This document shows positions 18,693 to 27,414 of a DNA stretch of 60,119 nt, piece after piece (position 1 is the stretch's first letter; every line of letters starts with the position of its first letter). Where the stretch lies: contig JBEDFR010000123.1 of NCBI GenBank assembly GCA_041175045.1, positions 1-60,119 on the forward strand, read 5' to 3'. The notes under the pieces were generated by a model. That model was not told where the DNA came from and did not search any database. It saw only the letters and a list, made by a program, of their open reading frames with translations. Source of the stretch: Pseudomonadota bacterium. GTDB taxonomy: Bacteria; Pseudomonadota; Gammaproteobacteria; Pseudomonadales; Pseudohongiellaceae. The translations under genes were made by a program, and so were the position numbers.

Positions 18693-21131
18693 ATGTCCAC
18701 TCTGCTGCAAGCCCTCGTCCTGCTGTGCGTGATCTGGGTGCTGGCCTACCGCCGCGCCCGCATGGGCACCATTCTCACCGGCGTCGCCGTGACACTGCTG
18801 GCCATGACCTGGTTCGGCGGCTTCGCCTGGCTGCTGTGGCTGGCGCTGCTGCCAGTGGTCTACTTCTACATCGAGGACGACATGCGGCGCGAGCGGTTGA
18901 CCCGCCCCGTGTTCGAATTCTTCAAGCGCGTGCTGCCGCCCATGAGCGCCACAGAACAGGAAGCGCTGGAAGCCGGCGATACCTGGTGGGAGGCCGATCT
19001 GTTCAAGGGCGCGCCGGACTGGAAGAAATGGCTCGCCATGCCCATGCCTCAACTGAGTGCTGCCGAAGAAGCCTTCCTGCAGAACCAGACCGAGACTTTC
19101 TGCCGGATGATCGACGACTGGGATATCGTGCACCTGGACAAGGACCTGCCGGCGGCCGCGTGGCAGTATCTGAAGGACGAGAAGTTCTTCGGCATGATCA
19201 TTCCCGAGGAATATGGCGGCCTGGGCTTCTCGGCGCTGGCGCATTCCACCATCGTCACCAAGATCGCGACCCGCAGCCCGAGCGCCGCTGTCACGGCCAT
19301 GGTCCCGAACTCTCTGGGACCCGCCGAGCTGTTGATGAAATACGGCACGGAAGAGCAGCGGCAACACTATCTGCCGCGTCTGGCCAGCGGACAGGACATT
19401 CCGTGCTTCGCCCTGACCGGCCCGGAGGCGGGCAGCGATGCCGGTGCCATGACCGATACCGGCATCGTCTGTCGCGGTATGTTCGAAGGTCGCGAATGTC
19501 TCGGCCTTTCACTCACCTGGAACAAGCGCTACATCACGCTGGCCCCCGTCGCCACCGTGCTTGGCCTGGCCTTCAAGATGTACGATCCGGAGCACCTGCT
19601 GAGCGAAGTCGAGGAGCGTGGCATCACCGTGGCCCTGATTCCCACCAGCCACCCGGGTGTACAGATCGGCAATCGGCATTTCCCCATGGGCATGACCTTC
19701 ATGAACGGGCCGACGCGGGGCGAGAACGTCTTCATTCCGCTCGACTGGATCATCGGTGGGGTCGAGCGCGCGGGCCAGGGCTGGCGGATGCTGGTGGAGT
19801 GCCTGTCCGAGGGGCGGGCCATTTCGCTCCCGGCGCTCGGCACTGCCACCGGAAAGCTGTGCTATCGCATGACGGGCGCCTATGCCCGCATCCGCTCCCA
19901 GTTCAACCTGGCGATTGGCAACTTCGAGGGGGTGGAAGAGGCCCTGGCCCGCATCGCCGGCCACACCTATCAACTGGAGGCAGCCCGCATCGTCACGGCG
20001 GGAGCGGTGGACCAGCACATCAAACCGGCCGTGGTCTCGGCGATTGCCAAGTACCACATGACGGAAAAGTCACGGCTGATCATTCAGGATGCCATGGACA
20101 TCCACGGCGGACGCGGCCTGATCATGGGGCGGATGAACTATCTGGCCCACGCCTACATGAGCATGCCCATCGGCATCACCGTGGAAGGCGCCAACATCCT
20201 GACCCGCAACCTGATGATCTTCGGCCAGGGCGCCGTGCGCTGCCACCCGTTCATCACCCGGGAGATGCTGGCGGCCAAGAACCTGGACGAAAGCGCCGGG
20301 CTGCGCGACTTCGACAGCCTGATCTTCCGTCACATCGGTTATGGCATCAGCAATTTCGTGCGCACACTGAGCCTGGGGCTGACCGCAGGGCGCATCGCGG
20401 CCCGGCCGGTGTCCGACGCCACCGGCGCCTTCTATCAGCAGTTGACCCGCATGAGTTCGGCCCTGGCGTGGATTGCGGACATCTCGATGCTGATGTTCGG
20501 CGGGGAACTCAAACGCAAGGAGCGCCTCTCGGCGCGCCTGGGCGACATCCTGAGTCAGCTCTACCTGGCTTCGACAGTCCTGCGCTACTACGAGGGCATC
20601 GGCCGGCAGGCCGCCGATCTGCCGCATGTACGCTGGAATGTGGAACTCGCGCTGTATCACTGCCAGCTCGCCTTCAATGAATTCTTCGCGAACCTGCCCG
20701 GCAGGGCTGTGGCATGGTGCCTCAAGCGCGTCGTGTTTCCCTGGGGCGACGCCTATGAACGTCCATCGGACCGTCTGGACCACGAGCTGGTGCAGACCAT
20801 GTGGACAGACAACGAGCTGCGCGAACGCATCACCCGCCACACCTGGCTGGGCAATCGCCATGAAGACCCGGCATTCATCATCGAGGACGCCTTCCGCCGG
20901 GTGCTGGCCACCAAACCGGCGCGCGACGCGATCAAGTCAGCCCAGCGCAAGGGCCTGCTGGACCCGCGCACCGATCTGGAGACCACAGCAGCCACAGCGG
21001 TGACGTTGGGGCTGTGCAGCGCGGCGGAGGCGCTGGCATGGAAGGAAGCGGAACTGGCGCGATCCCGAGCGATCCAGGTGGACGAGCACGCGAGCCTGCA
21101 TTTCAGCCGCGCAGTCGCGAAGGGTCACTGA
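18693..21131 (+). CDS. fadE: acyl-CoA dehydrogenase FadE
   Basis: 812 aa. N-terminal TM helices, then an acyl-CoA dehydrogenase core (FGMIIPEEYGGLGFS..., ALTGPEAGSDAGAM) and the FadE C-terminal domain. AAGGAG precedes the ATG. Confidence 0.9.
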   Translation: MSTLLQALVLLCVIWVLAYRRARMGTILTGVAVTLLAMTWFGGFAWLLWLALLPVVYFYIEDDMRRERLTRPVFEFFKRVLPPMSATEQEALEAGDTWWEADLFKGAPDWKKWLAMPMPQLSAAEEAFLQNQTETFCRMIDDWDIVHLDKDLPAAAWQYLKDEKFFGMIIPEEYGGLGFSALAHSTIVTKIATRSPSAAVTAMVPNSLGPAELLMKYGTEEQRQHYLPRLASGQDIPCFALTGPEAGSDAGAMTDTGIVCRGMFEGRECLGLSLTWNKRYITLAPVATVLGLAFKMYDPEHLLSEVEERGITVALIPTSHPGVQIGNRHFPMGMTFMNGPTRGENVFIPLDWIIGGVERAGQGWRMLVECLSEGRAISLPALGTATGKLCYRMTGAYARIRSQFNLAIGNFEGVEEALARIAGHTYQLEAARIVTAGAVDQHIKPAVVSAIAKYHMTEKSRLIIQDAMDIHGGRGLIMGRMNYLAHAYMSMPIGITVEGANILTRNLMIFGQGAVRCHPFITREMLAAKNLDESAGLRDFDSLIFRHIGYGISNFVRTLSLGLTAGRIAARPVSDATGAFYQQLTRMSSALAWIADISMLMFGGELKRKERLSARLGDILSQLYLASTVLRYYEGIGRQAADLPHVRWNVELALYHCQLAFNEFFANLPGRAVAWCLKRVVFPWGDAYERPSDRLDHELVQTMWTDNELRERITRHTWLGNRHEDPAFIIEDAFRRVLATKPARDAIKSAQRKGLLDPRTDLETTAATAVTLGLCSAAEALAWKEAELARSRAIQVDEHASLHFSRAVAKGH

Positions 21132-21145
21132 AGCGATTGCCCGGG

Positions 21146-21472
21146 CTAGATGCCGATACGGGCCAGGGTATCGATGAGGTCGCGGATCAAGCGCTCTGCC
21201 ACGGGGTGATTGGCCGCAAAGCGTGCCTCAAGCGCGATGGCATCCTCCATGAGGAAAACATGATCACTGCGTGCAAGTGCCGCCGGTCATGCCGATCGGA
21301 ATCAAGGCCCGTGGTCGAAGCCAGGTGCCATCGCGCTCTTCCCGGCGACGGCTGGAACGACACTGGCGATTGCGCTACGGCGTGACGTCGCGCGGTGGAT
21401 ATTGCCCACAATGGCTTTGTGCAGATCCGCCACTCGAAGCATCGATTTCTTGCATGCCATGTCGACAATCAT
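21146..21472 (-). pseudogene. decayed small ORF (possible Phd-like/ParE-like toxin-antitoxin remnant) with two in-frame TGA codons
   Basis: Frame from ATG 21472 (AAAGGAG just upstream): MIVDMACKKSMLRVADLHKAIVGNIHRATSRRSAIASVVPAVAGKSAMAPGFDHGP*FRSA*PAALARSDHVFLMEDAIALEARFAANHPVAERLIRDLIDTLARIGI*. TGA at 21304-21302 and 21289-21287; high G/C at third positions. The tail resembles the ParE N-terminal A-x-x-D/L...NP-x-A-A-x-R motif. Confidence 0.35.
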
Positions 21473-21487
21473 CTCCTTTCAGAGGCA

Positions 21488-21772
21488 CTACCGATCAAGC
21501 GCCGACTTGAAGGCGGCGCTGAGCGATACCGCGCCCAACTCTTTCATTTCATATTGATCGTTCTTGAACACCTTTCCCCGCTCCTTCTCCCGATCAGGCT
21601 CAAGAATCAGACTGGAAACATGCGGCTTGGTTGCGAACCTCTGTCTTCCAATCATGTCGTTGACCATGCAGAAACCCACGATCTTACTGCGCAAGGAATA
21701 TTCATACTGTTTCGCGCTATCGCCCTGCGGCGGATCGGCTACCTGATTCGCGTAGGAACGAAGGCATGTCAA
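21488..21772 (-). CDS. hypothetical protein (orphan ORF in low-GC islet)
   Basis: 94-codon ORF with a TTG start (first internal ATG gives 59 aa): ...SAKQYEYSLRSKIVGFCMVNDMIGRQRFATKPHVSSLILEPDREKERGKVFKNDQYEMKELGAVSLSAAFKSALDR. I recognise no family. Local G+C is ~47% by hand count. Confidence 0.35.
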   Translation of the reverse strand: MTCLRSYANQVADPPQGDSAKQYEYSLRSKIVGFCMVNDMIGRQRFATKPHVSSLILEPDREKERGKVFKNDQYEMKELGAVSLSAAFKSALDR

Positions 21773-21796
21773 GCCTGCTTCTACCTGCTGCTCCGA

Positions 21797-23071
21797 TCAG
21801 TTGGCGCTGACGGCGATGCGCTGCAGCCAACCCAGCACTCCCTGCGCTGCCTGCCGCCCAGAGGCCAGACAGGCCGTCAGCAGATAGCCGCCGGTGGGGG
21901 CTTCCCAGTCAAGCATCTCGCCCGCAAAGAAAACGCCTGGCAAGCGCTTCACCATCAAGACGTCGTCGAGCTGGGCGAGGGTGACACCACCCGCCGTGCT
22001 GATGGCTTCGTCCAGCGGTCGGGTGGCAAGCAGCGTCTGTGGCAGACACTTCAGAACGTGGGCAAGCTGCACCGGGTCGCGCAGTGCCGGTCCGGCCAGT
22101 TCATGCACCAGCGCCAGCCTGACGCCGGTGAGGCCCAGACGCTTGCGCAGAAAGCTGCTGAGAGACTGCTTGCCGCGGGGAGCCTGCAGTGCTCTGCACA
22201 GAGCCGCCGCGTCGCGCTCTGGAAACAGATCCCAGCACACTGTCACGCTGCCGTCGCGCGCGAGGATATCCCGCAGCAGGCGCGCCGCGGCATAGATCAG
22301 ACTGCCCTGCACTCCGTGGCGGCTGACCAGAGCCTCCCCCTTGCGGGCGAAGAGCTCGCGGCCATCCTGGAGCACACGCAGCACAACTCCCTTCAAGGGC
22401 GCCCCCGCATGGCGCTGCAGCACAGTGTCAGACCAGGGGTAATCGAAGCCGCAATTGGCTGGCAGCAATGGCGTGCACTCGATGCCGGCGGCGCGCATCG
22501 GCTCAGACCACTGCCCATCGCTGCCCAGACGTGCCCAACTGCCGCCGCCCAGAGCAAAGACCACGGCGCGCGCGTGTACCAGGTGATCGCCCGCCGGGGT
22601 CGCGATGCGATGACAGGTGCCCTCCGCCTTTCCACTGGCTGTGGCGGCAAACCCCTGCCAGCGATGGCGGACGTGCAGAGTCACACCATGGGCACGCAGA
22701 CGCTGGAGCCAGGCACGCAGCAGCGGAGCCGCCTTGAGTCCCACCGGAAAGATGCGCCCGGAGCTGCCCACGAACGTGGCAATGCCCAGACCGGCGGCCC
22801 AGTCACGGACCCCCCGGGCATCCAGCAAGTCCAGCCAGGGTGCCACGGCGGAAGACGGAAAGTAGCGCTGGGCAAAGATCGAAGCGGGTTCAGCGTGGGT
22901 CAGATTGAGTCCGCCGATACCGGCACGCAGGAACTTGCGCCCGGGAGAAGGCATGGCGTCGATGACATGGACCGGTACGCCGGCAGCGGCGATCTGTTCG
23001 GCCGCCATCAAACCGGCCGGCCCCGCGCCGACGATCAGCACAGGCAGCTCGGCAGGCAGTGTCAGGCTCAC
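21797..23071 (-). CDS. NAD(P)/FAD-dependent oxidoreductase, HI0933/BaiN-like flavoprotein
   Basis: GTG start. PVLIVGAGPAGLMAAEQIAAAG...GRKFLRAGIGGLNLTH...FFAGEMLDWEAPTGGYLL is characteristic of the HI0933-like family. Confidence 0.85.
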   Translation of the reverse strand: MSLTLPAELPVLIVGAGPAGLMAAEQIAAAGVPVHVIDAMPSPGRKFLRAGIGGLNLTHAEPASIFAQRYFPSSAVAPWLDLLDARGVRDWAAGLGIATFVGSSGRIFPVGLKAAPLLRAWLQRLRAHGVTLHVRHRWQGFAATASGKAEGTCHRIATPAGDHLVHARAVVFALGGGSWARLGSDGQWSEPMRAAGIECTPLLPANCGFDYPWSDTVLQRHAGAPLKGVVLRVLQDGRELFARKGEALVSRHGVQGSLIYAAARLLRDILARDGSVTVCWDLFPERDAAALCRALQAPRGKQSLSSFLRKRLGLTGVRLALVHELAGPALRDPVQLAHVLKCLPQTLLATRPLDEAISTAGGVTLAQLDDVLMVKRLPGVFFAGEMLDWEAPTGGYLLTACLASGRQAAQGVLGWLQRIAVSAN

Positions 23072-23093
23072 GTCAGCACACTGCGGCGTGGGG

Positions 23094-23717
23094 TCAGGCG
23101 GGCATTTTTGCGAGGGCGCGCTGGAACGACGGGCGGGATTTCAACTCGGCGTACCAGCGTGCAATCGCCGGCCAGGCGTCGAGCTTGAGGGAGGTGGCTT
23201 CCAGCGCATGGAAGTACGGCAGGGCGATGGTGTCGGCCAGCGTGATCTCGCTGCCACACAGGAAACGATTGTCCTGCAGGGTCTGGTTCACGAACGGCAA
23301 TTGCTGTTCCAGAAACCCGTGGGCTTCGGCGATCGCCTTTTCGTCCGGCGCTTTCTTGTAGTACTTCATCATCACGACTTCCTGATAGAAGTACACGGCA
23401 AGCCAGCGACCGACGTGATGACAGATCATGTCCACCATCTGATCGATGCGCGCGGCGCCCAGTGGCTCGGCACTGTAGAGCCGCTTGTCACTGATATTGG
23501 CCAGGTAGCGACACAGCGATGCGCTTTCGTAAAGGTAGTGGCCGTCGTGATCGATGGCGGGAATCTTGCCCAGCGGATGCCGCGCGAGATGCGCTGGGCT
23601 CTTGTGCTCGCCGGTAGCGAAATTCAGATGCACATACTCATAGGGGACACCGAGCTCCTCTGCCGTGAACAGGACCTTGGTTGCGTTGTAGGTACTGCCG
23701 CCATAGATGGTCAGCAT
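23094..23717 (-). CDS. glutathione S-transferase
   Basis: ATG at 23717 preceded by GGAGG. MLTIYGGSTYNATKVLFTAEELGVPYEYVHLNFATGEHKSPAHLARHPLGKIPAIDHDG is a GST N-terminal thioredoxin-like domain. Confidence 0.85.
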   Translation of the reverse strand: MLTIYGGSTYNATKVLFTAEELGVPYEYVHLNFATGEHKSPAHLARHPLGKIPAIDHDGHYLYESASLCRYLANISDKRLYSAEPLGAARIDQMVDMICHHVGRWLAVYFYQEVVMMKYYKKAPDEKAIAEAHGFLEQQLPFVNQTLQDNRFLCGSEITLADTIALPYFHALEATSLKLDAWPAIARWYAELKSRPSFQRALAKMPA

Positions 23718-23805
23718 GATGTCCTCCAGGAGGTGGTGGGTTATAGTGCTGGCGGCAATGTACAGAAGCCCCTCTGCGCTTGCAACCAGCCCCGGACCAA
23801 GACCC

Positions 23806-24981
23806 ATGCACCACGACATCGCTGAACTGCGCCGTCAGACACCTGGCACCTCGCACCTGCTGCACTTCAACAATGCAGGAGCATCACTGAGCCCTGCAGC
23901 GGTCAGCACGGCCGTGCGGGAGCATCTGGAACTGGAACAGCGGATCGGCGGCTACGAAGCAGCGGCTGCTGCCAGCGCGGCGATCGAGCATTTCTACACG
24001 GCCTTTGCCGCGCATCTGAACTGTGCCGCTGATGAGGTCGCCTGGGCCGAAAACGCCACCCATGCCTGGAACACCCTGCTGTACGCGATTGCCTTCAGAC
24101 CAGGCGATCGCATCGTCACCGGGCAATCGGAATATGCCAGCAACTACCTCTCTCTGCTGCATCTGGCGCGAAGGGGCCAGGTGCACGTTGAAGTGGTACC
24201 CAACACCGCGCAGGGCACTGTGTGCCTGGAGGCGCTGGACAAGGCGCTGCGCAAGAGCAATGTGCGACTGCTCGCGCTGACCCATGTGCCAAGCCAGAGC
24301 GGCGTGGTGCATCCTGTTGCGCAGGCAGGCGCCATGGCGCGTGCGCGCGGCATTCTGTATCTGCTCGATGTCTGCCAGTCTGCGGGACAACTGGCACTGG
24401 ATGTCGAGGCACTGGGTTGCGACATGCTCACGGGCTCAGGTCGCAAGTATCTGCGTGGCCCGCGCGGCACAGGGTTTCTGTATGTGCGGCGCGACATCCT
24501 CGACACACTGCAGCCCGCCTGGATCGACATGCAGGCCGCCCGCTTCCTCGATGCACGACATTATGTGTTGCGCGAGGACGCGCGACGTTTCGAAAACTGG
24601 GAATGTTGCGTGGCCGGGAAGATCGGGCTTGCTGTCGCTGTGGACTATGCCAATGCTCTCGGGATGCAGTGGATAGAGGCACGGGTGCGTGCACTGGCGA
24701 GCCGCCTGCGCGAAGGGTTGCGGCAAATGCCGGAAGTGAACGTGCATGAAATCGGCCACGACCTGAGTGGCATCGTCACCTTCAGCACCAGCCGGGAATC
24801 GGCTGACGCGCTCCAGCAGCGACTGCTGACGCGCGGCATCAACACCTCGGTGGTGAGGGTGCGCAACAATCCGCTCGATCTGGCAGCGCGAGGGTTGGGC
24901 GATCTCAACCGGGCCTCGGTGCACTATTACAACACCGACGCAGAAGTTGACCAGTTCTGCGAGGCGCTGCGCCAACGCTGA
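23806..24981 (+). CDS. aminotransferase class V-fold PLP-dependent enzyme
   Basis: ATG at 23806. HFNNAGASLSP..., LTHVPSQSGVVHPV..., DMLTGSGRKYLRGPRGTGFLY (PLP-Lys region). Confidence 0.8.
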   Translation: MHHDIAELRRQTPGTSHLLHFNNAGASLSPAAVSTAVREHLELEQRIGGYEAAAAASAAIEHFYTAFAAHLNCAADEVAWAENATHAWNTLLYAIAFRPGDRIVTGQSEYASNYLSLLHLARRGQVHVEVVPNTAQGTVCLEALDKALRKSNVRLLALTHVPSQSGVVHPVAQAGAMARARGILYLLDVCQSAGQLALDVEALGCDMLTGSGRKYLRGPRGTGFLYVRRDILDTLQPAWIDMQAARFLDARHYVLREDARRFENWECCVAGKIGLAVAVDYANALGMQWIEARVRALASRLREGLRQMPEVNVHEIGHDLSGIVTFSTSRESADALQQRLLTRGINTSVVRVRNNPLDLAARGLGDLNRASVHYYNTDAEVDQFCEALRQR

Positions 24982-24993
24982 AGCGAACGCCGC

Positions 24994-26343
24994 TCAGAAC
25001 CAGATCAGCTGCACATAGACAGCCAGGATGGCGACTGGACACACATAGCGGATGTAGAACGGCCAGAACTTCCAGAACAGGGTGTGCTCGACGCCGGCAT
25101 GCCCCTTTTTCAATTCCTCCAGCACACCGTGGCGGTGCCAGATCCAGCCTACGAACACGGCGAAGAAGAGTCCGAGCAGCGGCTGACTGTATTCGGTGGT
25201 CAAGGTCACCACGCTGTCGAACAACACGCCGAAATTGGCCACGATCGTCAGTGAAATGGCGGTGATCAGCAGACCGATCAGCAGCGTGGCACGATGGCGG
25301 CTGATGCCACGAGTCTCCACGACATAAGCCACGGGCACTTCGAGCATGGAAATAGAAGACGTCAGCGCTGCAATCGACATGAGGATGAAGAAGGCGACGC
25401 TGATGATGCCCCCTGCCCCGCCCATGGTGTCGAACAAGGCCGGCAAGACGGCCACGATCAGCCCTGGACCAGCCACCAGGGCCCCGCTGGCATCGAAGAT
25501 CTCCACGCCGCTGGCCAGTGCCACATACATCGCCGGCAGAATCAGCAGGCCAGCCAGGAAGGCAAAGCTGGTGTCCAGGGCCGCCACCATCCAACCCACG
25601 GTGCTGAGGCTCTCGCGCGGGCTGATGTAGGAGCCGTAGACCAGCATGGTGCCCACGCCCAGGGACAGCGAAAAGAAAGCCTGGCCCAGCGCGCTGATGA
25701 TGAGCTGCGGGTCAAGCGCTTCGCTGAAATCCGGGATGAGGTAGACAGCCAGCCCGTCCATGGCGCCGTCCAGGGTCATGACATACACAATGAGGCCCAG
25801 CAGGATCAGGAACAGCGAAGGCATCAGCCGGGTGCCCCACTTCTCGATGCCATTGCGCACACCCGCCATGATGATGAGGATGGTCAGGCCCATGAACAAC
25901 GCATCGAACAGGACATTGCGCGACAGACCATCCGCACGCAGCCAGCTGGATGCCGCCTCCCACCCCAGCAACCTGGCTGGCGCTTCGACAGCCCAGGCCA
26001 GCATCCAGCCGCCGATGATGGCGTAGAAACTCAGGATCAGACTGACTGTGAGGATGCCGGCAAAACCCACGATCGTCCCCAGACGTCGCGTGAGCGGTCC
26101 CCGGGCCAGTCCTTGCAGGGCGCGCACGGCATTGGACTGGGCATGCCGGCCGATGATCAACTCAGCCATCAGGGCCGGCCACGCCAGGCCGAATACCAGT
26201 ACCAGGTAGACCAGCAGGAACGCGGCGCCGCCGTTGCTGGCAGCATTGGTGGGGAAACCCCAGATGTTGCCGAGGCCGATGGCTGAGCCGGAGGCCGCCA
26301 TCAGAAAGCCGAAGCGGGAACTGAATTCTCCTCTGGCAGGCAT
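24994..26343 (-). CDS. sodium-dependent transporter, neurotransmitter:sodium symporter (NSS/SNF) family
   Basis: FSSRFGFLMAASGSAIGLGNIWGFP is the NSS signature; about 12 TM helices. Confidence 0.9.
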   Translation of the reverse strand: MPARGEFSSRFGFLMAASGSAIGLGNIWGFPTNAASNGGAAFLLVYLVLVFGLAWPALMAELIIGRHAQSNAVRALQGLARGPLTRRLGTIVGFAGILTVSLILSFYAIIGGWMLAWAVEAPARLLGWEAASSWLRADGLSRNVLFDALFMGLTILIIMAGVRNGIEKWGTRLMPSLFLILLGLIVYVMTLDGAMDGLAVYLIPDFSEALDPQLIISALGQAFFSLSLGVGTMLVYGSYISPRESLSTVGWMVAALDTSFAFLAGLLILPAMYVALASGVEIFDASGALVAGPGLIVAVLPALFDTMGGAGGIISVAFFILMSIAALTSSISMLEVPVAYVVETRGISRHRATLLIGLLITAISLTIVANFGVLFDSVVTLTTEYSQPLLGLFFAVFVGWIWHRHGVLEELKKGHAGVEHTLFWKFWPFYIRYVCPVAILAVYVQLIWF

Positions 26344-26371
26344 GCGTCAGTCTCCCCTGAGAGTGAGCCGA

Positions 26372-27334
26372 TCAAGGCTCGTAGGTTTCCAGGCTGAACA
26401 ACCACTGGGCGGCATCGCTCAGGCCCAGCACGACATTGCGCAGCACCCGAACGTTGCCGTTCTCGTTCACTTCCAGCGTGGGAATGCGCAGCTTGTTGTC
26501 CGCGTAAGTCGCCATGCCGATGGGGCGGATTGCCAGACGCACCAGACTGTCGGCATTCAAGCGGAACACCGTGCCCGGCAACTGCGGCTGCAGGCTCAGG
26601 TTCACGCTGAAGGCCCCCAGCGTGGCGCCACCATCGACGGAGGCCATCAGCAGGCCCGACTGACTCTCGAACACCGCCAGTGCCGAGCTGTAGCGCTGCA
26701 CCACTTCAGCGTTCATGGTGACGAAATTGTTGACGGTCAGCTCGTCGCTGGAATCCGTGCTGTGCAGGGGAATCTGCGACTGCACATTGCCCAGGGCAAA
26801 CACGGGCAACACATTGATGGCGTCCATCACACCCATGCCATCGCCCAGCACGCGACCGAAGACGGTGAAGCCGCCATTCTGCACATTCAGATTGGCGGAG
26901 TTGTCCGCCAGATTGATGAACCATTCGCTGGTGGCGCTGTTGGGATCGCCATCCCGCTTGGCCATGGCAATGGTGCCTCGCACATTGGATTCGCGGTACT
27001 CGTTGACGATGGGCGGATCGGCCGGTACCTGCAGCGGGCCTTGATAGGGAATCAGACGATAACCGCCGCCCTGCAGCACGAAGCCGGCATCGAGACGGTG
27101 GAAGTAGGTGCCATTGTAGGCCCCACGTTCGACGTAATTGAGAAAATTGCGGACCGTGATCGGCGCCACGTCATCGAAGAGCTCCAGGGTGAAATCCCCG
27201 AAGCTGGTGCTGACGCGCACGAGTGTGTTGGCCTGCGCTGCTGCGGTGCAAGCCAGCAAAAGGCACACCGCCAGACCGGTACGACCGAGTGTGCGGCGCA
27301 CCGCTGAAGTGAAGTTCCCGCCGAATAGTGCCAT
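26372..27334 (-). CDS. secreted cyclophilin-type peptidyl-prolyl isomerase with ~120-aa uncharacterised C-terminal extension (paralogue 1)
   Basis: ATG at 27334 (GGAAGGGA upstream). Signal peptide ...LLLACTAAAQA, then VRVSTSFGDFTLELFDDVAPITVRNFLNYVERGAYNGTYFHR...DPNSATSEWFINLADN, and a non-cyclophilin tail. Confidence 0.8.
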   Translation of the reverse strand: MALFGGNFTSAVRRTLGRTGLAVCLLLACTAAAQANTLVRVSTSFGDFTLELFDDVAPITVRNFLNYVERGAYNGTYFHRLDAGFVLQGGGYRLIPYQGPLQVPADPPIVNEYRESNVRGTIAMAKRDGDPNSATSEWFINLADNSANLNVQNGGFTVFGRVLGDGMGVMDAINVLPVFALGNVQSQIPLHSTDSSDELTVNNFVTMNAEVVQRYSSALAVFESQSGLLMASVDGGATLGAFSVNLSLQPQLPGTVFRLNADSLVRLAIRPIGMATYADNKLRIPTLEVNENGNVRVLRNVVLGLSDAAQWLFSLETYEP

Positions 27335-27414
27335 TCCAATTCCCTTCCTGCTGCTGCGGCTGTCTGCGGGACAGCGGCCTTTGGGTGTGCGTGCATCAGT
27401 GCAACGCAGCATGC

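Noticed and set aside
18725-20680. 651-aa plus-strand ORF
   Set aside because: It is an off-frame overlap with fadE on the same strand. It is Arg/Pro/Gly/His-rich, whereas the fadE frame carries acyl-CoA dehydrogenase motifs.
21287-21304. Two closely spaced in-frame TGA codons as possible selenocysteine or programmed read-through sites
   Set aside because: I can see no SECIS-like hairpin immediately downstream, and the context (..HGP-TGA-FRSA-TGA-PAA..) has no Cys/redox motif. The region is otherwise decayed, so a pseudogene is more parsimonious. I cannot fully exclude read-through without expression data.
21187-21468. 93-aa minus-strand ORF in the islet (track entry)
   Set aside because: It is Trp/Arg/His-rich (MSTWHARNRCFEWRICTKPLW...), which is characteristic of an off-frame reading. 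The neighbouring frame from ATG 21472 has far better coding character despite its two TGA codons.
21395-23188. 597-aa plus-strand ORF
   Set aside because: It is antisense to the well-supported HI0933-like flavoprotein gene and the islet. The product is Arg/Ala/Gln/His/Gly-rich with no recognisable motifs. This is a typical high-GC antisense artefact.
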